Origin: a virus
IMG/VR virus record: IMGVR_UViG_3300046522_000297
Coordinates: 1-64,000 of that record
DNA: 64,000 nt
Reading direction: 5' to 3' (one strand)
Shown: positions 47,304-56,457 of the stretch, in pieces
How the letters are laid out: each line of letters opens with the position of its first letter
How positions within the stretch are numbered: the first letter of the stretch is position 1
Notes under the pieces: model-generated
Seen by the model: only the letters and a program-made list of their open reading frames with translations
Databases searched by the model: none
What the model was told of the DNA's origin: nothing
Made by a program: the position numbers and the translations under genes

Positions 47304-47771
47304 ATGGCCAAGAAAGACAAAGAAATATGGGATCAAATCTACCCGAAGTATATACCGGTTGGTAAGATGTGGTCCCGAGTAGAATGGCTCGGAGATAAGC
47401 CTTTATATGGAACGAGGGAAGATTTTGAAGGCTGGGAGGCCCGTGTAGCGGAACTTAATTCCTTGCTGCCTTTAGTAGAGGCCGAATACGGAGCCCGGGC
47501 TGAAGTTAAGAGCACTTCAGTTGAGCATGGATACAGCGGTCGTGATGGGGGCGTTTCCAATCCGATCAATCATCATGATGTTTACATAGAAATAGACAAT
47601 TACTCTAGCAAAGATTATGCGAAGATGTTAGCGGAATACTTTGCTAAGAAATATCCCGGTCTTGGGTTTAAAAAACCTCCACCTGCTCCTGCAATTAAAC
47701 GTAGGGAATATTCAATCGAGAAGAAGTTTAACGATCTTCTCAAATCCAAACGTAACAAGGACTCAGAATGA
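47304..47771 (+). CDS. hypothetical protein
   Basis: coupled to rtcB. Confidence 0.6.
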   Translation: MAKKDKEIWDQIYPKYIPVGKMWSRVEWLGDKPLYGTREDFEGWEARVAELNSLLPLVEAEYGARAEVKSTSVEHGYSGRDGGVSNPINHHDVYIEIDNYSSKDYAKMLAEYFAKKYPGLGFKKPPPAPAIKRREYSIEKKFNDLLKSKRNKDSE

Positions 47772-48973
47772 GCTTAAACATTGAAAACGTAAAAGACTGG
47801 ACCGAAGGTGTGCCAGTTGAGCAACAAGCAATTCAGCAACTGCGTAATATCGCAAGACTGCCGATTTTAGCCGGACACGTCGCTGTTATGCCGGACGTTC
47901 ATCTGGGTAAAGGTGCAACTGTTGGATCTGTGATTCCGACCGTGGGGGCTATCGTCCCTTCGGCCGTTGGGGTGGACATCGGCTGTGGCATGGTCGCAGT
48001 TAAAACCACGCTGAAAGCAACGGACCTTCCGGAGTCCCTGTCGGGTATTCGCTCAGCGATCGAGGCGGTGGTACCGGTAGGTTTTAACTACCACCAGAAG
48101 CATCTGAGCTTCAAGTCCAAAGGTCTTCGTGGCCTGGCTATCGATCGTAAGTTGAAAGCCTTGGACGAACGCTTTGACAAGCTGCCAATCCTGAAGCGTT
48201 ACAAGAACTTCGATTACCGTCGGGCCTGGAACCAACTCGGCACTCTCGGGGGCGGCAATCACTTCATCGAGATCTGCCTGGACGAAGACAACAACGTCTG
48301 GGTAATGCTTCACTCCGGATCTCGTAACGTTGGCAAAACCATCGGCGAGATCGCAATCAACATGGCTAAAGAGATCGCTGCGAAAGCTGAGATCGGCCTG
48401 GTTGACAAAGAACTGGCCTGGCTTAACGAAGGCACTACCGAGTTCAACGAGTACGTAGAGGGACTGCAATGGGCTCAGGACTACGCTGCTCTGAACCGGG
48501 ACATCATGTTGTTCCATGTCATGGAAGTGTTGGAGAAAGAATTCAAACGTGACATCTGGACCAACGACCACGCAATTAACTGTCATCACAACTATGCAAA
48601 CATCGAAGAATACGGCGGAAGAAAAGTCTGGGTTACCCGCAAAGGAGCTGTTAGTGCAAGACTTGGACAGCTTGGTATCATACCTGGGAGTATGGGTGCA
48701 AGGAGCTACATCACCCGAGGAAAAGGAAACACGGATTCGTATTGCAGTTGCTCTCACGGAGCTGGGCGCGTCCTCTCTAGAACCGCCGCTGCCAAAGTCT
48801 TCACCGTCGAGGATCTGAAGAAACAAACCGAAGGCGTTGAATGTCGTAAAGACGTTGATGTCCTCGACGAGATTCCCGGTGCTTACAAAGACATCGACCT
48901 GGTAATGGAAGCCCAGAAAGATCTCGTGGACAAAGTTCACACCCTGAAACAAGTAATGTGCATTAAAGGTTAA
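47768..48973 (+). CDS. rtcB: RtcB RNA ligase
   Basis: MPDVHLGKG, VGVDIGCG, GTLGGGNHFIE, LHSGSR, CHHN, RKGA, PGSMG, SHGAGR, DEIPGAYK. Confidence 0.97.
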   Translation: MSLNIENVKDWTEGVPVEQQAIQQLRNIARLPILAGHVAVMPDVHLGKGATVGSVIPTVGAIVPSAVGVDIGCGMVAVKTTLKATDLPESLSGIRSAIEAVVPVGFNYHQKHLSFKSKGLRGLAIDRKLKALDERFDKLPILKRYKNFDYRRAWNQLGTLGGGNHFIEICLDEDNNVWVMLHSGSRNVGKTIGEIAINMAKEIAAKAEIGLVDKELAWLNEGTTEFNEYVEGLQWAQDYAALNRDIMLFHVMEVLEKEFKRDIWTNDHAINCHHNYANIEEYGGRKVWVTRKGAVSARLGQLGIIPGSMGARSYITRGKGNTDSYCSCSHGAGRVLSRTAAAKVFTVEDLKKQTEGVECRKDVDVLDEIPGAYKDIDLVMEAQKDLVDKVHTLKQVMCIKG

Positions 48974-48975
48974 TT

Positions 48976-49242
48976 ATGAAAACCGTTTGGAAATTCCCGC
49001 TCACTATCACCGACAAACAAACCGTAGAAATCCCGGAACACTTCACACCGCTGAGCGTACACGTTCAAGAAGACGGGATCTTTATGTGGGCGGAAGTCTT
49101 CACGACTAACCCTAAAGTCCAAGCCGTAATTAACATGTACGGCACCGGTCATGAACTTCCTGAATATCCAGGTCGCTTCCTCGGCACTGTTCAGACTCAC
49201 GGAGGTAAGCTGGTATGGCACGTCTATAGTGAGAGAGGTTGA
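48976..49242 (+). CDS. conserved phage hypothetical protein
   Basis: VWKFPL...MWAEV...GTGH...FLGTVQ..GG.LVWHVY. Confidence 0.7.
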   Translation: MKTVWKFPLTITDKQTVEIPEHFTPLSVHVQEDGIFMWAEVFTTNPKVQAVINMYGTGHELPEYPGRFLGTVQTHGGKLVWHVYSERG

Positions 49243-49499
49243 TGGAACGGGTACAAAGTAATAACATTTATTATGGGGCGGTTATTCCGCTAACTGACGG
49301 TTTTCGAACACTTTCGGTTAAAGAGGTTAATGGAGTCCCTGCACTTTTCAGTCTCGTAAACCCGAACAACCCACCGGTTATGATACAGGTTTTCACTACT
49401 TATGGTGATCAGGTTCTCCCCGGTGGGTGTGATCACTACATAGATACGATTATTCAACATGGGTCTCCAATGCATATTTTTTATACAGTTCTAACATGA
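49239..49499 (+). CDS. hypothetical protein, apparent diverged paralog of 48976
   Basis: LSV......LF.LV.P......Y.DT......MHIF. Confidence 0.55.
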   Translation: MMERVQSNNIYYGAVIPLTDGFRTLSVKEVNGVPALFSLVNPNNPPVMIQVFTTYGDQVLPGGCDHYIDTIIQHGSPMHIFYTVLT

Positions 49500-50011
49500 C
49501 TAACGTATTTTTAACGGCCGATCTTCACCTCGGCCATAAAGGCATCGTTACCTTCGATGGGGTTCACGGGACTAAACTCCGCCCATGGACCGACGTTGAA
49601 GAAATGAACGAAGCTTTGGTGGAGCGTTGGAACGCTAAGGTGGGACTTAATGACAAGACTTACGTCCTCGGGGATGTCAGTCTCAGTAAAAATGCTCTGC
49701 CTTTGCTTTTACGTATGAACGGTAAGAAGATCCTGGTGAAAGGAAATCACGACCAAGAGGATCTTAAAGAATACGTCAAATATTTCAGCGACGTTCGGGC
49801 TATCTGTAAAAAGGGTGAATATCTTCTTAGCCACGTTCCTATTCATCCTATGAGTTTGACTCGTTGGAGCAAGGGGAACGTGCACGGGCATTTACACGAT
49901 GGTCGTGTACTGTTGCCAGATGGCAGCATCGATAGGCGATATATCTGTGTTTCCGTTGAACACACTGATTTCGCCCCGATTTCCCTTGATGAAGTTGAGA
50001 AATTGAGGTAA
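49496..50011 (+). CDS. calcineurin-like metallophosphoesterase
   Basis: ADLHLGH, VLGD, KGNHD, SHVP, HGHLH. Confidence 0.9.
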   Translation: MTNVFLTADLHLGHKGIVTFDGVHGTKLRPWTDVEEMNEALVERWNAKVGLNDKTYVLGDVSLSKNALPLLLRMNGKKILVKGNHDQEDLKEYVKYFSDVRAICKKGEYLLSHVPIHPMSLTRWSKGNVHGHLHDGRVLLPDGSIDRRYICVSVEHTDFAPISLDEVEKLR

Positions 50012-50016
50012 GATAA

Positions 50017-50379
50017 ATGTCGTATAAACAGGTCATTGTCCTCCGCAAGGATTTGAACATGCGGAAGGGCAAAATGGTGGCTCAAGGCAGCCATGCAGTA
50101 GAAATGGTCATCGACATAGCTCTGGGTAATACAACCTTCAAAACCTACCGAGATAACTGGAAGGCTGAAGGTAGGACCAAGATCTGCGTCAGTGTAGACT
50201 CCGAAGCTGAACTCGTTGAAATTTACCGCAAGGCAAGGGACGCAAAGCTTCCATGTTCCATAGTAACGGACGCTGGTAAAACTGAGTTCGGCGGAGTTCC
50301 TACTAAAACAGCAGTCGCTATTGGGCCCGCACCATTGAGCGACGTCGATAAAATCACTAGTCATTTAAAGCTGCTATAA
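50017..50379 (+). CDS. pth2: peptidyl-tRNA hydrolase, Pth2 (archaeal/eukaryal) type
   Basis: KQVIVLRKDLNMRKGKMVAQGSHA, KICV, DAGKTE, TAVAIGP, DKITSHLKLL. Confidence 0.93.
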   Translation: MSYKQVIVLRKDLNMRKGKMVAQGSHAVEMVIDIALGNTTFKTYRDNWKAEGRTKICVSVDSEAELVEIYRKARDAKLPCSIVTDAGKTEFGGVPTKTAVAIGPAPLSDVDKITSHLKLL

Positions 50380-50798
50380 TGTACGGAAAAGATACCCTGA
50401 CATTGCGAGATCGGTTTGAGATCTTCAAGCAACATAAAGATCAGATCAAGGCAGACTTCGAGGAATTCATCACCTCATCGGCGCACCCCTTGGAGATTCG
50501 CTGGCAGATGTTTAAGGACGCACCGGCTGATCTGAGTAATCACTTAGAATCTATTTACGGTGGGCTGGATGAGATCCTGGTGCCAGGACTTGGCAGTAGG
50601 GACATTAACTGGCCCGATGAGATAATTAACGCAGAGAGACACCAGCGCATTAATCTAATAGGTGAAGTCGAAGAGATTTTCTCCAAACCTAAGGCATACA
50701 GGGTCAAATACCCCACAGCTTATGAAGAAGGTTTCCTAGACAAAATAAAAGAACAGATTTTGAAAGATAACATTAAGTCGTTTATCTACGACTGGTAA
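50379..50798 (+). CDS. hypothetical protein
   Basis: TAATG coupled. Confidence 0.65.
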   Translation: MYGKDTLTLRDRFEIFKQHKDQIKADFEEFITSSAHPLEIRWQMFKDAPADLSNHLESIYGGLDEILVPGLGSRDINWPDEIINAERHQRINLIGEVEEIFSKPKAYRVKYPTAYEEGFLDKIKEQILKDNIKSFIYDW

Positions 50799-50806
50799 AG
50801 AAATAC

Positions 50807-50881
50807 GCCCGCTTATCCTTAGTGGTAAAGGTCCGGCTTTGTAACCCGGGTTCAGAAGTTCGATTCTTCTAGTGGGCACCA
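50807..50881 (+). tRNA. tRNA-Thr(TGT)
   Basis: GCCCGCT/AGTGGGC, loop TTTGTAA, CCA. Confidence 0.88.
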
Positions 50882-50898
50882 AACACTATAACAATAAA

Positions 50899-51117
50899 AT
50901 GCATATCGAAATTAGAGACAATGGAAGCTTGAGTGCGGACACCGTGCAGATTGCTCTGCCTAACGGTGAGATCTTCACTGCAAGCATGAACGAGCTATGC
51001 ACTTTCCGTTTGGAAGAGCTTTTGCCTAAGCTCGGCCATACAATAAAAGTCGTTGATTGGGCTTTTGAGCACGATGTCGCTGAGTTCGATAATATCAAAC
51101 TAGGACGGCAACGATGA
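50899..51117 (+). CDS. hypothetical protein
   Basis: short ORF after tRNA-Thr. Confidence 0.5.
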   Translation: MHIEIRDNGSLSADTVQIALPNGEIFTASMNELCTFRLEELLPKLGHTIKVVDWAFEHDVAEFDNIKLGRQR

Positions 51118-51326
51118 ATGACTTTACATGGCGCCCGATTACTATCGGAGACACTGTAGCAACAGCTAAAACTGGATACAACGATCTTATCCGTGGGAAA
51201 GTCGTTGAGTTTGGTGAGAAGATGATTGTTATAGAAAGAGTAGGGCCTGGGTATCCTCGTAAATTCCGTAGGTACCCGGAACAAGTAATTGTAGTAGAAC
51301 CTTCTTTTAACCCAGTAAATACATAA
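51114..51326 (+). CDS. small beta-rich protein, paralog of 51938
   Basis: I.IGD.V......DL.RG.......RYP.QV.V shared. Confidence 0.6.
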   Translation: MNDFTWRPITIGDTVATAKTGYNDLIRGKVVEFGEKMIVIERVGPGYPRKFRRYPEQVIVVEPSFNPVNT

Positions 51327-51332
51327 AATTAA

Positions 51333-51941
51333 ATGGTAGACCTCGCTAAGGTAGCACAGTATGACTTCGTAGTTCTCGTTGATAAATCCGGTTCCATGGC
51401 AACTAAAGACGTTAAGTCAGGTTGGTTTGGATCCAAATCCCGTTGGGAAGCGATCGAGAAAACCGCCATCGTCTTTGCTCAGGACCTGGAGAAGATTGAT
51501 AAGGATGGTATTGGTTTGGTTCTATTCGGAGGAGATGTCAAAGCCTATCCGAATAGCAACGCAGATCAGGTAGCAAAGGCGTTCTCCTATAACTCCCCTG
51601 GTGGTGGAACTCCCCTTGCAGAAGCCCTGCAGACCGCGTTGGATCTATTGAAGGATTCCAAGAAGAAGAAATTCATCATGGTATTCACTGATGGCGCGCC
51701 TAATAATCGCCAGGCTGTGAAAAACCTCATCATCAATCAGGCTAATGGCCAATCCACGGACGACGAGTGTACCATCCTATTCGTACAGGTAGGCAACGAC
51801 ACCGGGGCTACCAAGTTCCTTACGGAGCTGGATGATGATCTCAAGGGAGCGAAATTCGATATCGTAGACGCCAAGACTGCGGCTGAAGCCGAGAAGTTCT
51901 CGTCGACTCTGGAGCTGGTTGTCCACGCTATCGGAGATTGA
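51333..51941 (+). CDS. von Willebrand factor A domain protein
   Basis: MIDAS DKSGSM, GGTPL, FTDG. Confidence 0.88.
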   Translation: MVDLAKVAQYDFVVLVDKSGSMATKDVKSGWFGSKSRWEAIEKTAIVFAQDLEKIDKDGIGLVLFGGDVKAYPNSNADQVAKAFSYNSPGGGTPLAEALQTALDLLKDSKKKKFIMVFTDGAPNNRQAVKNLIINQANGQSTDDECTILFVQVGNDTGATKFLTELDDDLKGAKFDIVDAKTAAEAEKFSSTLELVVHAIGD

Positions 51942-52141
51942 GAGTGGCAGAAGTCAAAAGAGACGCAGCAGGGTGTGACATCCGGGTAGGGGACATTGTT
52001 CTCTACTCAAAAAGCGAAGGCACCGATCTTTACAGAGGTAGAATCCTCCGGCTGACCGAGCTCCAGGTTCACATCGATAATGCTGGTCGATGGCCTGCTG
52101 TAGTAAAACGTTATCCGGGTCAAGTTGTTGTTATAGGGTAA
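51938..52141 (+). CDS. small beta-rich protein, paralog of 51114
   Basis: IRVGDIV...DLYRG...KRYPGQVVV. Confidence 0.55.
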   Translation: MRVAEVKRDAAGCDIRVGDIVLYSKSEGTDLYRGRILRLTELQVHIDNAGRWPAVVKRYPGQVVVIG

Positions 52142-52148
52142 CAGTGTA

Positions 52149-52610
52149 TTGGTTAAAAGAACAAAAATATCGGACGAAGATATAGCCGAAGCAGTAAAAC
52201 ACTCCCGGAGCTATTTTCAAGTACTAGACCGCTTAGGGAGAAAACGAGCCGGGGGTTCCCATTCTCATATAAAACTAAGAATAGAGCGGGCTGGTATAGA
52301 TACCTCCCATTTTACCGGGCAGGGATGGAATAAAGGTGGTCATTCCAGGAACCGGAAAAGTATTGAGGAAATACTTGTTTTAAGAGAGAGTGGGGTCAGA
52401 TCTAAGCCCCATCAATTAACTAGAGCACTTATATCTCTTGGTATAAAACATGAGTGCCAGAAATGTGGTCAGGGTCCTGAGTGGATGGGTAACCCTCTTA
52501 CTCTAGACGTAGATCACATAAACCAAAATTGGCTGGATGATAGGGCTGAAAATTTAAGGTTTTTATGTCCAAATTGTCATAGCCAATTTTCTAGAAACCT
52601 GATACAATAA
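52149..52610 (+). CDS. HNH endonuclease
   Basis: CQKC...LDVDHIN.N..DDR.ENLRFLCPNCHSQ. Confidence 0.88.
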   Translation: MVKRTKISDEDIAEAVKHSRSYFQVLDRLGRKRAGGSHSHIKLRIERAGIDTSHFTGQGWNKGGHSRNRKSIEEILVLRESGVRSKPHQLTRALISLGIKHECQKCGQGPEWMGNPLTLDVDHINQNWLDDRAENLRFLCPNCHSQFSRNLIQ

Positions 52611-52619
52611 CATTTCAAT

Positions 52620-52702
52620 GGGGATGTGGCTAATGGAAATTGGTACACCTAACACTCTTAGAAAGTGTGCTTTTACGAGTTCGAGTCTCGTCGTCCCTAC
52701 CA
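52620..52702 (+). tRNA. tRNA-Leu(TAG), short variable region
   Basis: ACACT CTTAGAA AGTGT, ACGAG TTCGAGT CTCGT, A73-CCA. Confidence 0.8.
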
Positions 52703-52722
52703 ACAAAACAGAGTAAAACAAA

Positions 52723-52923
52723 ATGACAACCAAAGTTACTATTAGTCTTGACACACCGAATCACCAGGATGCACTGGTTGAGCAAGTAAACCCTGCTGAT
52801 GGTAAGGTATGGCACGGAGCTAGACGTCTCAAAGCAGGCGAATCTGCTGAGTTCTATGTCCACTCCAGTGTGTCTCTCCGCATCACTGAGATTCCTTCAA
52901 TCACGGAACCTCAATCCAACTAA
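52723..52923 (+). CDS. hypothetical protein
   Basis: ORF between tRNAs. Confidence 0.55.
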   Translation: MTTKVTISLDTPNHQDALVEQVNPADGKVWHGARRLKAGESAEFYVHSSVSLRITEIPSITEPQSN

Positions 52924-52936
52924 TCCCCTCAACAAT

Positions 52937-53011
52937 ATCGCTATCGTCTAATGGTTAGGACTACAGGTTTTCAACCTGTCAATCGGAGTTCAATTCTCCG
53001 TAGCGATGCCA
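52937..53011 (+). tRNA. tRNA-Glu(TTC)
   Basis: ACAGG TTTTCAA CCTGT, G73-CCA. Confidence 0.9.
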
Positions 53012-53027
53012 AAACATAGGAGTCCCT

Positions 53028-53441
53028 ATGCTTTTCGTAGAAGTAAATCCTCGTAAGTACAAAGCAGTTCAATTCAATAAATTTGGTGATGTGACAGGCG
53101 TATATCGTGGTTACATCGAAACCAAGGGTAGCACGGTGCAGTATTTCGTCTCGGACGTATGTCCTCGTAGAATGGACTGCAGATTCGCTTACCTGACGCG
53201 AACTCAAGACGGGTTTCAGGAAGTTAAAGAAGGTGATTGGATTCTTACCAATACTAAAAACGGTAAGATTAAGATCCTCCCTAACAAGAAATTCCTGAAA
53301 GACTACGTCGGTTACCATGAGCCTGCACAGTCACCTGAGCCGGTCAGTCAAGTAGTAACCCTACCTCATCGCATCAGCGTAGCTCAACAGGCTGCGTGTA
53401 TCAAACAATACGAGACCGAAAATGCGGCACCGCCGTTATAA
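53028..53441 (+). CDS. hypothetical protein
   Basis: RBS AGGAG; V.EGDWI pattern. Confidence 0.6.
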   Translation: MLFVEVNPRKYKAVQFNKFGDVTGVYRGYIETKGSTVQYFVSDVCPRRMDCRFAYLTRTQDGFQEVKEGDWILTNTKNGKIKILPNKKFLKDYVGYHEPAQSPEPVSQVVTLPHRISVAQQAACIKQYETENAAPPL

Positions 53442-53640
53442 AGACACTTTGGTTGCACCTAGCTCACTCCTTGGCCAGCTTATGGCTAATAAAGCCGGAG
53501 CATCTGCAATCGAGAAACATTATGACGAAACCACTAAAGCCTGCAAGAAACTGTATGGCGAAGAGAACTATAAGTGGTTCGTTGAAATGCATAGAACCTT
53601 TCCTCCTGAAAACCGTAAACCTGTAGAAAGTACCCAATGA
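53422..53640 (+). CDS. hypothetical protein
   Basis: overlapping operon ORF. Confidence 0.5.
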   Translation: MRHRRYKDTLVAPSSLLGQLMANKAGASAIEKHYDETTKACKKLYGEENYKWFVEMHRTFPPENRKPVESTQ

Positions 53641-54032
53641 TCAATATGCACCGTCACTCCGTCAATGTCTCCCGTAAAGAACTCCTTACCAAACTGAAGG
53701 AGAACCTGGCAATCCATCAGAAAGATTACCGCGAAGCCTGTATCGGTTATAAAACCATTTTGGAACATGCCCTTGTGGAGTTTCTTACCAAGTGTAAGAG
53801 CCTTAACGAAGATGGTGTTTTGAAGCTGCAAATCCCTAACCCTTCCAAGCCCGTCAGCCACGAAAAGGAATATCGAGAAATTATCGACATGATGGAAGTG
53901 TCAGTCGACGACGTCATCAATCTTGACGCAGAAAGCTTCAAAGCGTATTTCAAGAACGAGTGGTCCTGGTCCAGTGGCTTTAACGCTACTGCAACCATGT
54001 ACAAGTCTGCTCTCGGCGGCGCTGTCAACTAA
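53637..54032 (+). CDS. conserved phage hypothetical protein
   Basis: LL.KLKEN...H..DY.EA......P.SH..EY...I.M......I.L....F..Y...EW.W. Confidence 0.7.
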   Translation: MINMHRHSVNVSRKELLTKLKENLAIHQKDYREACIGYKTILEHALVEFLTKCKSLNEDGVLKLQIPNPSKPVSHEKEYREIIDMMEVSVDDVINLDAESFKAYFKNEWSWSSGFNATATMYKSALGGAVN

Positions 54033-54042
54033 ACCTCATCAA

Positions 54043-54052
54043 TTTGGTATAA
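54043..54052 (+). promoter_or_regulatory. phage promoter motif
   Basis: TTTGGTATAA GAGA AGTG + hairpin TGCAGAG/CTCTGCA. Confidence 0.75.
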
Positions 54053-54102
54053 GAGAAGTGCAGAGAAATCCTCTGCATTTCTTTATGCAAAGGACGACTC
54101 AA

Positions 54103-54315
54103 ATGAAAAAAGCAATCGTAGCACTTCTGATCAGTATGTTGATGATCGCACCGGTCAACGCCATGGTGTGGCTCCATCCCAGCGGCGTTTGGGTTAGTGA
54201 CACTTGTGTGACCCCGACTGGTCAATGGTTCACCTTTATTAACACCTTTGGGCCTGTCGGTGCAAACTGCTGGTTCAATATCAATGGTGTAACTTTTTAT
54301 GGCAAATTTTCATAA
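54103..54315 (+). CDS. small exported protein
   Basis: signal peptide MKKAIVALLISMLMIAPVNA; two Cys. Confidence 0.65.
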   Translation: MKKAIVALLISMLMIAPVNAMVWLHPSGVWVSDTCVTPTGQWFTFINTFGPVGANCWFNINGVTFYGKFS

Positions 54316-54484
54316 GGACTGATATAATGGGATTATTCCTCTGGTGCTTAGCGATCATCTTCGCAGTATGGGTTCTATGGATGATTATTAAACCTCGTCG
54401 TCCCAGTCATTCCTCAGACGGGGCTGAAGTTATCGCAGCCATTATTAGTGTCGTCGCTGACATAGTCGATTAACAGGAGTTATA

Positions 54485-54673
54485 ATGAGTATCTCTGTCG
54501 TTGTAGTATTGGTAGCAATCGTAGTTTTGGCGTGGGTCATTTACAAAAATGCATATCGTTCCAAGTTACCGTTCGCAACGCCTAAGGTGACTCTTGAAAC
54601 TCCACGCAATAACGACGCTGTAAATTATTACGTTCCCCCGGATATGGCCTATTGGCATAAACCCGGGAAGTAA
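54485..54673 (+). CDS. small membrane protein
   Basis: RBS AGGAG; N-terminal TM. Confidence 0.6.
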   Translation: MSISVVVVLVAIVVLAWVIYKNAYRSKLPFATPKVTLETPRNNDAVNYYVPPDMAYWHKPGK

Positions 54674-54682
54674 TGCATCAAG

Positions 54683-54760
54683 GGCGGTTTAGCCAAGTTG
54701 GTCTAAGGCATCTGATTTTGATTCAGACATTCCTAGGTTCGAATCCTGGAACCGCTTCCA
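54683..54760 (+). tRNA. tRNA-Gln(TTG)
   Basis: TCTGA TTTTGAT TCAGA, CCA. Confidence 0.9.
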
Positions 54761-54764
54761 CAAA

Positions 54765-54840
54765 GGGTCTGTAGTTGTAATAGGCAAAACCCTGGGCTCC
54801 AAACCCAGAGACGACGGTTCGAATCCGTACGGGCCCGCCA
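54765..54840 (+). tRNA. tRNA-Trp(CCA)
   Basis: CTGGG CTCCAAA CCCAG, G73-CCA. Confidence 0.92.
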
Positions 54841-54878
54841 TTCCACCCCTCCCTCAACGTTCAATTAAGGAACATAAA

Positions 54879-55331
54879 ATGGAAGCTAAAACCTTCTCCC
54901 GTGATTCATTCGTCTATCGTTTCCTGGCATGGCCTACCGGTAACCTGTGGTTTTCCGTGCCATACGATATCTGCCAGCTCCGCCGGGACGTTATCTTGAA
55001 GATTTTTCTGCTGCTCACCATCGTTTCGGCGACGTTCGGGTACGCTTACAGCGTCACATCTTACGTGCTGTACGAGATGAGTCAACTGTTCGGCGGCGTC
55101 TTCGGCACCCGTGGATTAACAGAGATCGTAAAATTCGGGGGTGCCCTCACCTACATCACCTTGCTGTTTGCAGCTTTGGCAGGGATTTTCTGGGCTCTCG
55201 ATAAGGCTCAGAAGTACTTCAGCCGCCGTAAATGAGAACGTGATGGTCTTCCCCCGAAACCCAACGGCCCGGTCAAGGAAATGTACCTGAGCTGGAAGAA
55301 CAAACTCTGCTATCGAATTGACTTTCAATAA
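54879..55331 (+). CDS. membrane protein with an in-frame TGA at 55233-55235 (readthrough or nonsense mutation)
   Basis: frame continues after TGA as ERDGLPPKPNGPVKEMYLSWKNKLCYRIDFQ-TAA with coding-like codons. Confidence 0.55.
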
Positions 55332-55343
55332 TTAGCGGATCTC

Positions 55344-55351
55344 TGGTATAA
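55344..55351 (+). promoter_or_regulatory. phage promoter motif
   Basis: TGGTATAA TAAC AGTG + hairpin AACAGTG..GGAAC/GTTCC..CACTGTT. Confidence 0.7.
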
Positions 55352-55418
55352 TAACAGTGTGAGGAACTTTAATGTTCCTTGCACTGTTCAAATATAAACC
55401 TCAAATTTTAGGATTAAC

Positions 55419-56081
55419 ATGGCGAAAGTAAAAAAATCAATCACCCGTCTGTTGGCAGAACGTAAAGCCCTGGAAGATCGTATCAACAAGGCTACTTCGG
55501 TGCCCTTCATCGGTACCATGAAAGGTACCCGCACTCCGACTGTGGTTGGCTACACCGGCCATGGCGTTGAGCAAATCTCCAATCTTTTCAAGGGAAACCT
55601 GGACAAAGTGCGGGGTCTGATCAGTTATCACAACCGTATCACTGCGGCTCTGGTGGAATCGAACGCTACCACCAAGGTCAAGATTGGTGAAGAAGAGCTG
55701 ACCGTCGCTGCAGCTATCGAGCGCAAGAAGTCGATTCAATTCGACAAGCGCCTCCTGGCTACACTGATCAATCAGTCTTCGCAAGTTCAAGGTCAACTCG
55801 ATCTGGCAAACCGTCAGGTTGAAGAAATGATCGAACGCCAGCTGATCAACATCTATGGTTCTGGTGACAAGGCAAAGCTGACTGCGGACCAACGCAAAGA
55901 AACCGAAGATGCGATCCGCGCCCAGCATCAACAGGCCCCGATCGATCCGAACAAGATCGCTGACCTGGCTCGTGCTGAAATGGAGCGCATCAGTAAGTTC
56001 GAAACCGAAATCGACTTTGTCCTGTCGGAAAGTAACGCCAAGACGGAAATCGAGCTCGACGACGAGACTCCCGTAGCCTAA
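55419..56081 (+). CDS. coiled-coil protein resembling the DIP1984/DUF6847-like family
   Basis: ITRLLAERKALEDRINKA; AALVESNATTKVKIG...TVAAAIERK; EIDFVLSESNAKTEI. Confidence 0.6.
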   Translation: MAKVKKSITRLLAERKALEDRINKATSVPFIGTMKGTRTPTVVGYTGHGVEQISNLFKGNLDKVRGLISYHNRITAALVESNATTKVKIGEEELTVAAAIERKKSIQFDKRLLATLINQSSQVQGQLDLANRQVEEMIERQLINIYGSGDKAKLTADQRKETEDAIRAQHQQAPIDPNKIADLARAEMERISKFETEIDFVLSESNAKTEIELDDETPVA

Positions 56082-56088
56082 AGACTTC

Positions 56089-56455
56089 TGCCACACCACA
56101 TTAGTTGAACCATAACCTGACGAACAGGTGATCATCCGGTTCAGGGCCGAGAACTAAAAACGGCCAACCTAAGCCCCCTAAGAAGGGCTGCCTAAAGATA
56201 ATGGAGCTCTTCACTGAGCAATCGACTTCTAATCGATCCGTATATAATGCATATACTTTAAATTAAAGTCAACGTTCATTACCTCAAAGGTCAAAGGTTA
56301 AAGCTCAAACTTCAAGCTATCATAAGTTTAAAGTTAAAAGCTCAAGTATTACAACGCTCTTTCAAACCCATGGTTAACGTTTATGAGGGTTCAGGAATAG
56401 CCTCTACTTGTACGCATGGCTGTCAGCGTTGTGGTTCAACTAATGTGGTGTGGCA
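56089..56455 (+). ncRNA. candidate ~370-nt ncRNA closed by a 28-bp terminal stem, with internal 7-nt repeats
   Basis: 56089-56116 pairs with 56428-56455 (one G.U); internal hairpins; nine YYAAAG-like units 56284-56348; followed by a terminator. Confidence 0.75.
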
Positions 56456-56457
56456 CA

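Noticed and set aside
52438-52447. TGGTATAA copies inside coding regions (here and near 45704)
   Set aside because: Intragenic and not positioned upstream of a gene start; treated as probable chance matches
56284-56348. CRISPR array or type III antitoxin repeats
   Set aside because: Units are only 7 nt with no spacers; no cas or ToxN-like gene; the Cas4-like nuclease at 21011 is a typical stand-alone phage exonuclease
56089-56455. Retron msr-msd (a1/a2 inverted repeats)
   Set aside because: No reverse transcriptase in the window and no long msd hairpin; the adjacent gene is a coiled-coil protein
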